From positions 1 through 39,644 of the IMG/VR virus record IMGVR_UViG_3300031954_000030: 39,644 nucleotides of DNA; one strand, 5' to 3'. The notes beneath the pieces were generated by a model. That model was not told the origin of the DNA. It ran no database searches and was given only the letters and a program-made list of their open reading frames with translations. The DNA comes from a virus. Its lineage: Duplodnaviria; Caudoviricetes. Positions 26,291 to 33,221 of the stretch are shown here, one piece after another; the stretch's first letter is position 1; each line of letters opens with the position of its first letter. A program made the translations under genes and the position numbers.

Positions 26291-27299
26291 CGACTACCCC
26301 ACCATCACCGGCGAAATCGTTCTGACACAACCAGACCCCACGCCGCTAGTCGCACTGGGCCCGTTCGACCACGTCAAAGCGGCCATCGAAAAAGCCGAAT
26401 CCGTCAAAGAACTCAAAGACATCCGCGACCGCGCGGTAGCAGCATCCGCCTATGTGAAGGCGGCGCGCCTAACCAAACCCGTCGCTGATGAATGCGCCGA
26501 AATCCGGCTACGCGCCGAACGACGCGCCGGGGAGATTTTGCGCGATGATCCACGCATCCGCCCAAATAGTAACGAGCTGTTACTAATTGATCTTGAGCTA
26601 TCACGCATACAATCGTCGCGGTGGCAAAAGATCAGTGACCCACCAGATTACGTTTTCGAGGACTATCTCCTTGAAGCCAAAGCCGACGATAAAGCGGACA
26701 TCAGCGCCAGCGGCCTAGCCCTGTTCTGGGGCCGCCAACGCGAACCCCAACCCGTCGACCGCATCCCACCCCGCGACGGCACCTATTCCTGCATCGTCAT
26801 CGACCCGCCGTGGCCGATGCACAAAATCGAGCGCGATCTTTACCCCGATCAAGGCTACGGCTTGGACTACAGCACCTTGACAATTCAAGAGCTGGCCGAC
26901 GATGACTTGGTTCCTGTCCGCACCCACGCCGCCGACGACTGCCACCTCTACCTCTGGGTCACCCACAAATTCTTGCCCGCCGGCCTACAACTCATGGCCG
27001 ACTGGGGATTCCGCTACCAATGCGTCATGACTTGGCGGAAAAACGTCGGCTTCACCCCATTCTCCTGGATGTACGACACCGAACACGTCCTGTTCGGCAC
27101 CCGCGGCAACCTACCCCTCCTCCAGAACGGGCTGCGACTATCCTTCGACGCCCCCCGAACCAAGCACAGCGAAAAACCCGACATCTTCTACGACCGCGTC
27201 ATCGCCGCCAGCCCCGGCCCCCGCATCGACATGTTCGCCCGCACCCAACGCGACGGCTTCGACGTCTGGGGAAATGAGGTGACAGATGCGATCATTTGA
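26280..27299 (+). CDS. MT-A70 family N6-adenine methyltransferase with an N-terminal helical domain
   Basis: IVIDPPW, LYLWVT, WGFRY, TEHVLFG, HSEKP, IDMFAR...WGNE. Confidence 0.88.
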   Translation: MGCDDYPTITGEIVLTQPDPTPLVALGPFDHVKAAIEKAESVKELKDIRDRAVAASAYVKAARLTKPVADECAEIRLRAERRAGEILRDDPRIRPNSNELLLIDLELSRIQSSRWQKISDPPDYVFEDYLLEAKADDKADISASGLALFWGRQREPQPVDRIPPRDGTYSCIVIDPPWPMHKIERDLYPDQGYGLDYSTLTIQELADDDLVPVRTHAADDCHLYLWVTHKFLPAGLQLMADWGFRYQCVMTWRKNVGFTPFSWMYDTEHVLFGTRGNLPLLQNGLRLSFDAPRTKHSEKPDIFYDRVIAASPGPRIDMFARTQRDGFDVWGNEVTDAII

Positions 27300-28065
27300 G
27301 GATAACTGGGACCTATCCCAACGGTTCATCGAACCAATGCACGAACTGATCGCCCTCCACGTCTTAAAACCCCGGATGCTTAAGCCGGCGCCGATGCGCG
27401 AAGACTACGACCACGCCACAGACAGCCTCACAGTCACTATCGGTCAACTCCGATTCGCGCTCCGCGTACGGCGCAGGGAGTACTTCCCAAAATATCAGCG
27501 TGAAATCACATTTCGCAGCACCGCCAGATACGGTGCCATCACCGAATACCACAAAATATTGCTCCAGGGCTGGGCCGACATTCAAGTCTACGGTTTTGCT
27601 CACGACGATGACGATCCAGCGCAAGGACTCATTTCATGGATTATCGGCGATCTGAACATTCTCCGCGCGTGGCATGATGAGCACCTCGAATCATATCGAA
27701 ATCTGAAAATACCTGGCCGTCCATGGCCCTGGTGTCTAGAACAACCCAACGGCGACGGAACGGCCTTCATACCATTCTCGTTAGCACCCTTGTTAGATCG
27801 ACATTTCGCAATCGCACACCACCTTCCCCACGTCTTACGCAGACAAAAGATGGACATGGAATGGGAACAGCGATTAGAGCTACAGAACGAACGAATCGGA
27901 GGCATGTTCGAAGCGCGTGACAGATTCGGCAAACCATTACGCAACCCCAATAACGCAGTCTGCGGATGCGGCCAGCCACTATGGGCGGCAGTGTCGGTGA
28001 AACGTGGTTACTGCGAACATTGCGCCGCTCAACGCGGCGAGGGACAGGATTGGGATTCCTTCTAA
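27286..28065 (+). CDS. Hypothetical protein, possibly nuclease-like, with a C-terminal Cys4 motif
   Basis: Overlaps the end of the MTase. EDY..ATD...ALRVRR...EITFRS...TEYHKI and CGCG...CEHC. Confidence 0.55.
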   Translation: MRSFEDNWDLSQRFIEPMHELIALHVLKPRMLKPAPMREDYDHATDSLTVTIGQLRFALRVRRREYFPKYQREITFRSTARYGAITEYHKILLQGWADIQVYGFAHDDDDPAQGLISWIIGDLNILRAWHDEHLESYRNLKIPGRPWPWCLEQPNGDGTAFIPFSLAPLLDRHFAIAHHLPHVLRRQKMDMEWEQRLELQNERIGGMFEARDRFGKPLRNPNNAVCGCGQPLWAAVSVKRGYCEHCAAQRGEGQDWDSF

Positions 28066-28140
28066 ATGGTGTGGTTTCTGGTGGACGATAATCTGACCTT
28101 CCACACGAAGGTCACCGCAGAACTGACAGCGGAATGAGAA

Positions 28141-28506
28141 ATGGCGGGAGTCAAATGGATACGACTCGACACAACCATCTTCGACAACCCCAAATTCCTC
28201 TTCCTCAAAGAAGACCGACAATACAGAACCATCGTCATCCACCTCGAAGCCATGACGTTCAGTGGGCGCACAGGCCTCGCCGGCTACGTCCCTGCGGCCG
28301 CTCTGCGTGGCCTCGGCGCGACACGAAACGACGCTTCTCGGCTCGTTTCGGCTGGCCTTTGGGAGCCCGTTCCCGGCGGCTGGCAGATCCACGGCTGGGA
28401 CGAACACCAACTGTCCGAAGACGACATGCAAAAACGCAGGTCAAGAGCCGAAAAAGCCGCCGCCGCACGCTGGGCCAAACGCAACGGAACGGACCCCCAA
28501 CAATGA
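28141..28506 (+). CDS. Replication initiator-like N-terminal domain protein
   Basis: WIRLDTTIFDNPKF...LVSAGLW...GWQIHGWDEHQ...RRSRAEKAAAARW, as in actinophage RepA-like proteins. Confidence 0.65.
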   Translation: MAGVKWIRLDTTIFDNPKFLFLKEDRQYRTIVIHLEAMTFSGRTGLAGYVPAAALRGLGATRNDASRLVSAGLWEPVPGGWQIHGWDEHQLSEDDMQKRRSRAEKAAAARWAKRNGTDPQQ

Positions 28507-28697
28507 TGCTTGAAGCAATGCTAAACCGATGCCACCGCGCGCGCGAGAACAGAACAGAACAGAACACTTACAAAGTACTTGTTCTTCTCACCTTGAAATA
28601 AAACGTTACGAAAGGCAACGCGCGCGAACGCCAGCCCAAAAAAACTGGCGCCCGCACAAAAAAACACCGCGAACACCAAACCGACGAAAGCCAACCA

Positions 28698-28889
28698 ATG
28701 ACCCGCCAACGCAAACCAAGCACACCAACGCCAGATCAAACCAAATGCTTCCATAACTGGCGCATCGAAACCTCAGCCGGCCAACAACACAAAACACTCA
28801 TCTGTCTAAACTGTGGCGCGACCAAACGACGCCAACGAAAACATAACCATTACGGCCGGATCAACCTTTCACGACTGAGCGGATTCTGA
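28698..28889 (+). CDS. Hypothetical small Cys/His protein
   Basis: CFHNW...CLNCG motif. Confidence 0.45.
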   Translation: MTRQRKPSTPTPDQTKCFHNWRIETSAGQQHKTLICLNCGATKRRQRKHNHYGRINLSRLSGF

Positions 28890-28892
28890 AAC

Positions 28893-29057
28893 ATGACCCA
28901 ATTACCCGACACACCCTACGACCACTACGACAACGCACTCAACGCCGCCAACAAACTCCCCGACAACAACGAAATCGTCGACGACATCACCATCGCACTC
29001 ACCTCCATAGCCCAATCACTACTCGGAATGCTCAAACTCAGCCTGGAAAAACTATGA
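28893..29057 (+). CDS. Hypothetical protein (54 aa, not in ORF track)
   Basis: Hand-translated MTQLPDTPYDHYDNAL...SLEKL. ATGA coupling to the next gene. Confidence 0.55.
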   Translation: MTQLPDTPYDHYDNALNAANKLPDNNEIVDDITIALTSIAQSLLGMLKLSLEKL

Positions 29058-29224
29058 CCATTCACTGCGAACAACTCGGCAACCGCAAATGGATCTGGTA
29101 CTGCCAAACCACACAAGCCGGCTTCTGGCGCAGCCCCAAAACCTACGACACCCAAACCGCGGCACGACGCGCCGCCCAAACCTGGCTCACCCGGCGAGCC
29201 AACCCACGCAACCGCGGCCAATGA
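29054..29224 (+). CDS. Hypothetical protein (56 aa, not in ORF track)
   Basis: Hand-translated MTIHCEQLGNRKWIWYC...NRGQ. ATGA overlaps at both ends. Confidence 0.55.
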   Translation: MTIHCEQLGNRKWIWYCQTTQAGFWRSPKTYDTQTAARRAAQTWLTRRANPRNRGQ

Positions 29225-29421
29225 GCGATAATCCGCCCGTGTCCGTGAAAACCAACCCCGCCACGGTCATCCACTGCGCCATCTGCCTCAACACCGGCAA
29301 AGACTGGGCCCCCGCAACCACCCTGATCAGCGGATACGCCGTCTGCGCCAAACACATCGAACTGGTATCCCAACCCGAATTCAGCATCTGGCACCTGCAC
29401 AAACGCACGGCCCGGCTATGA
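29221..29421 (+). CDS. Small Zn-finger-like protein
   Basis: CAIC...ATTLISGYAVCAKH. ATGA overlaps. Confidence 0.6.
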   Translation: MSDNPPVSVKTNPATVIHCAICLNTGKDWAPATTLISGYAVCAKHIELVSQPEFSIWHLHKRTARL

Positions 29422-29741
29422 CCGAACCCCAGGATCTTGCGTTGCCCAACGGCTGGCATCTGATCACCTACGGCGCCGAACAAATCTCCGTCGCCCCCGA
29501 CGGGCTGATCATGTTCCCCCGCCACATCACACCAGCCCAAATCCCCGACTACCTCGCCGCCCTGTCCGCAGCCGCCGAAATCGGCGAACAAATCCAAACC
29601 GACAACGCCGAAAAAGCCGCCCAAAACACCAGCAAAGGCCTCTCCACCCGCCGAGCCATCCTCACCCAAGGCCCGCCACCACCCGGCGCCACCCCGCTAC
29701 CCCAAACCACCATCGGCAAGCCCAAAGGCAGGCAACGATGA
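29418..29741 (+). CDS. Hypothetical protein
   Basis: ATGA-coupled ORF with the local codon bias. Confidence 0.6.
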   Translation: MTEPQDLALPNGWHLITYGAEQISVAPDGLIMFPRHITPAQIPDYLAALSAAAEIGEQIQTDNAEKAAQNTSKGLSTRRAILTQGPPPPGATPLPQTTIGKPKGRQR

Positions 29742-30541
29742 CCAGCCCACTCGTCTTCCCCGTCTCCGCCGACTGGTGGTCCGGCGGCGACCCCGCCCTC
29801 ACCGCCACCACCAGCGCCCCCGAATGGCTCCCCATCTCCGGGCTCGTCACCTTCACCCCACGACTACCCAAAGGATTCACCGCCTACACCGCCAGCTTCC
29901 CCGTCGCCGGCAACGTCAACGCCGTCCAAACCCTCACCCTGCTCGGCGCACCCGACGGCGGCACCTACACCATCAGCTACGGCGGCTACACCACCACCAA
30001 CCTCGCCCCCAACGCCACCGCCTCCACCGTCCAATCCGCCCTCGTCGCACTCACCTCCATCGGCGCCGGCAACGCCACCGTCACCAGCCCCCAGGCCTTC
30101 GAATACGTCGTCACCTTCACCGGCACCCTCGCCAACCAACCCATCGCCCTACTGACCACCGACGGCCACCTACTCACCAACTCCGGCGGCAACACCGTCT
30201 CCATCACCGTGGTCATGACCACCCCCGGCACCACCGCCCGCAACGCCAAAACCGGCGTCGTCATCCCCACCCGCCAAGGCCGCATCTGGGCCGGCCAACT
30301 CTGCTCCATCGACGTCAACGACAGCCCCAACGTCCAGCTCATCTCCAACGACCCAGCCCTGAACCTGATCGACCAAAACGTGCCCTCCCTGATCTACGAC
30401 GTCATGTTCACCCAAGTCCAATACGACTCCACCACCGGCGCTTTGCAAAACTTCGCGTTCGCCGCCCCACCCGACACCACCGCGGTCTGCTTAACCGACC
30501 CCACCTTCCCGCGCCTCACCTTCCAGCCACCGCCAGCATGA
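29738..30541 (+). CDS. Virion-structural-like protein (Thr-rich beta domain)
   Basis: VQTLTLLGAPDGGTYTISYGGYTT..LAPNATASTVQSALVALTSIGAGNATVT...YVVTFTG, a domain common in actinophage structural proteins. Confidence 0.55.
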   Translation: MTSPLVFPVSADWWSGGDPALTATTSAPEWLPISGLVTFTPRLPKGFTAYTASFPVAGNVNAVQTLTLLGAPDGGTYTISYGGYTTTNLAPNATASTVQSALVALTSIGAGNATVTSPQAFEYVVTFTGTLANQPIALLTTDGHLLTNSGGNTVSITVVMTTPGTTARNAKTGVVIPTRQGRIWAGQLCSIDVNDSPNVQLISNDPALNLIDQNVPSLIYDVMFTQVQYDSTTGALQNFAFAAPPDTTAVCLTDPTFPRLTFQPPPA

Positions 30542-30921
30542 ACAACATCTACGACGACACCCCAGAAACCGCGCCCAAACACAAATCAGCCATCACCATC
30601 AACGCCGCCAACATCCGCGCCACCAGAACCAGCGGCGAATACCAACGAGGACGCGACCAATACCTGCAACGCGCACGCAACCAACACAACAAAGACGGCA
30701 CCACAGGCGCCGCCTGCTGGCTCTGCGGCGAACCCATCGACTACCAACTCAAATTCCCGCACCCACGCAGCTGGTCCCTAGACCACGCCATCCCGGTCAA
30801 AGAAAACCCGACACTGATGCTCAACCCCACCAACTACCGCTCAGCCCACCTCGACTGCAACAACCACCGCGGCACCGACGCGCCACGCATCGAGCTCGGC
30901 GAACCCTCCGAAATCTGGTAG
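30538..30921 (+). CDS. HNH endonuclease (terminase-associated type)
   Basis: CWLCGEPID...SLDH..P...N.RSAHLDCN. Close to the presumed genome end. Confidence 0.85.
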   Translation: MNNIYDDTPETAPKHKSAITINAANIRATRTSGEYQRGRDQYLQRARNQHNKDGTTGAACWLCGEPIDYQLKFPHPRSWSLDHAIPVKENPTLMLNPTNYRSAHLDCNNHRGTDAPRIELGEPSEIW

Positions 30922-30927
30922 AAAACC

Positions 30928-31419
30928 ATGCTGCGCCAACTTCAACCAACACTCTTCGACAAAATCCAAACCAGCATCTCCGTCACACCAGAAGACGGCA
31001 TACCACACATCACCGACCTACCCAACGACCTCATCACCCGACTCGGCGAACCCTACATGCGCCGCTACTTCCTCCTCGGCACCCCACAATCAAGCCCCTG
31101 CGCCCGCTACCACCAAATCCTCCAATCGGACCCACAAGACTTCCACGACCACCCATGGGACTTCATCTCCGTCATCATCGACGGCACCTACATCGAAACC
31201 ACACCCACCAGCGAACAAGAATTCACACCAGGCTCAGTACTCATCCGCACCGCCGAACAACTCCACCGATTGACCATCCCCAACGGCCCCGTCTGGACAT
31301 TCGTCACCACAGGCAAGGTACGCAGAACATGGGGATTCAACACACCCAACGGATGGCAACCCTTCCACGCCTACCTAGCACCACGCACCGAAATCAGCGA
31401 ACCCAGCGAGATCTGGTGA
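30928..31419 (+). CDS. Cupin-fold protein
   Basis: FHDHPWDFISVIIDGTYIE...LHRL...WTF...WGF. Confidence 0.7.
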   Translation: MLRQLQPTLFDKIQTSISVTPEDGIPHITDLPNDLITRLGEPYMRRYFLLGTPQSSPCARYHQILQSDPQDFHDHPWDFISVIIDGTYIETTPTSEQEFTPGSVLIRTAEQLHRLTIPNGPVWTFVTTGKVRRTWGFNTPNGWQPFHAYLAPRTEISEPSEIW

Positions 31420-31700
31420 CTGTGCAACCACACACAGTTGGTCATTGCACAGGCCTAGAAGCTCATCTACGTTCAGTCACCAATAAGCAAAACATGGAGC
31501 ATCGCAAAGGAGCTGCCCGCAGCAACCGCAGCTCTGGCATACGCGGTGTGTACTGGGACAAACAGGCCGGTAAGTGGTTAGCGATGGCGCAGCATAACGG
31601 TAAAAACCATAACGCCGGTAGATTCGACACAATTGTAGAAGCTGAGCACGCCGTTATTGCTAAGCGACTAGAGGTGTTCACCCATAGTGATGGACGGTGA
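31416..31700 (+). pseudogene. Truncated HNH-AP2 protein (AP2 domain retained)
   Basis: HLRSVTNKQN is the tail of an HNH domain. SGIRGVYWDK..GKW.A...GRFDT.VEA...R is an AP2 domain. The N-terminal half of the HNH is absent. Confidence 0.6.
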
Positions 31701-31804
31701 ACCCTCCGCCAACCCACCTCCGATCGAGCACCACCCTCCGCCAACCCACCTCCGGCCTGACCATGGTTCCGCTGACCATGGCTTTGCTGATGGTCACCAC
31801 CCCA

Positions 31805-31871
31805 CAGCGCACCATCCGTGTCTAATAGCGCGCAGTGTCCAACAACGCAGCGCACCATCCGTGTCTAATAG
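31805..31871 (+). repeat. Perfect 24-bp direct repeat CAGCGCACCATCCGTGTCTAATAG, two copies
   Basis: Copies at 31805-31828 and 31848-31871. Core variants recur at 32108-32170. Confidence 0.85.
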
Positions 31872-32170
31872 GGGATGGGGGTCGCAAAGTTCTGCAGCAA
31901 AGGGGGACCCCCGATGGTCAGAATCCGATTTTACCTCCACAAGCGGAAAAACGACATTGCTGCAGCGCTAAAAGCCCTGGTAGAGGCACTGTATAGGGTT
32001 GCCTAGTATTCAACAAAAATCGCGCTGACCAGCAAGTTTACGAAATCAAGATCAAAGTAATGCTACTAGTAAACTTTTAAAGTAACCTCCACGGGCTATC
32101 CGCTGCTGTGTGTAATAGCGGTTTTGTCTAATAACGCTGCCGCGTCAAATAGTCGGGGTGTGTGTAATAA
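31872..32170. other. Probable genome-end (cos) junction region
   Basis: Non-coding and AT-richer, between the HNH gene and the terminase genes. Strand skew flips here. The exact cut site was not identified. Confidence 0.45.
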
Positions 32171-32174
32171 GGGG

Positions 32175-32645
32175 TTAGGCCCAGGCGACGGTGATGGTGT
32201 CTGCGGTGGTGGTGACGATGGCGTCGTGGTGGGAGCCGCTGGTGACGGGCAGGATGTCGGTGGCGAAGGCGAGCAGGTCGGGCAGGGTGCAGGGGGTGGT
32301 GAGGGTGGCGCCGGTACCTGGGGTTTCGGTGTCGGGGCCGCCTTGGGTGACGGTGGTGACGGTGATGGTGGCGCCGCCGGGCAGCTGGCTGTCGTCGGCG
32401 ACGAGTTCGGGGAGGTTTGTGCTGGTCAGGGCGCCGGCGAAGGTGCAGACGTAGCCCCAGTTGCCGTCTTTGGTGACGGTGATGTTTCCGGGGCCGATGG
32501 TGGTGAGGGCTTCGAGTTCGTCCTGGACGTCGCCGGCTGCGGGGTGGTAGTCGATTGGGCTGGTTCCTTCGCCGTTGAACCAGAGGGTGAAGTTGCCGCT
32601 GCCGGGGCTGCCGGTGATGTCGAAGCGTTGGATTTCGTTGGGCAT
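32175..32645 (-). CDS. Structural-like protein, paralog of the 29738..30541 domain
   Basis: NEIQRFDITGSPGSGNFTLWFNGEGTSPIDY..AAGDVQDELEALTTIGPGNITVT...YVCTFAGAL. Confidence 0.65.
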   Translation of the reverse strand: MPNEIQRFDITGSPGSGNFTLWFNGEGTSPIDYHPAAGDVQDELEALTTIGPGNITVTKDGNWGYVCTFAGALTSTNLPELVADDSQLPGGATITVTTVTQGGPDTETPGTGATLTTPCTLPDLLAFATDILPVTSGSHHDAIVTTTADTITVAWA

Positions 32646-32960
32646 GTTTTACAGTGTGTCTCATGGCACAGAAGGAATCCCCGGAGTTGTTGTCCGTGTC
32701 GCCTGCGGTGTTGACGTTGCCGGCGACGTTGGTGGGGTTGCGGGTGTGGCTGGATACGGTGAATCAGGTCCGTCCGGGCTCTAACAGTGTGGCGGTGACG
32801 GGGACGGCGACGACGTTGACGGTGGCATAGCCGATATCGACGCATCGCCCGTGATCGGGACGGTTTGGGGTGGTTTCGGGTCGTTTTTGGGGTGTTTGCG
32901 GGGTTTTTTGGGGTGTTTCGGGGTGCGGCATTGCCTAAGGGTTGGGCAATAATCTAGTTC

Positions 32961-33221
32961 ATGACGCGTCGTAAGCCTCCTGCCCCGACTCCTACTCAGG
33001 TTTATGCGCAGCGGCTGGAATCGTTGCTTGGTGCGGTGTGGGCGGATGCGATGGCCGGGGAGACGAAGTCGGTGGAGGTGGCCCGGCGGATCTTGGCGCA
33101 GCAGGGCAAAAGTTTAGGGTTGGATGCCGAGGTGGGGGCGGCGCCGATCAGTGATCAGGAACTGATTCCCGATGATGAGCTGGCGTCGTTCCGTAAGCGG
33201 TATGTGCGTAAGCCGGCGTGA
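32961..33221 (+). CDS. Terminase small subunit (putative)
   Basis: Directly upstream of and overlapping terL. RLESLL..VW..A..G..KSVEVARRIL...LGLD. Confidence 0.55.
   Translation: MTRRKPPAPTPTQVYAQRLESLLGAVWADAMAGETKSVEVARRILAQQGKSLGLDAEVGAAPISDQELIPDDELASFRKRYVRKPA

Noticed and set aside
32650-32950. Possible additional leftward gene upstream of 32645
   Set aside because: Only short fragments with no supportable start or motif. May be a remnant or promoter DNA.
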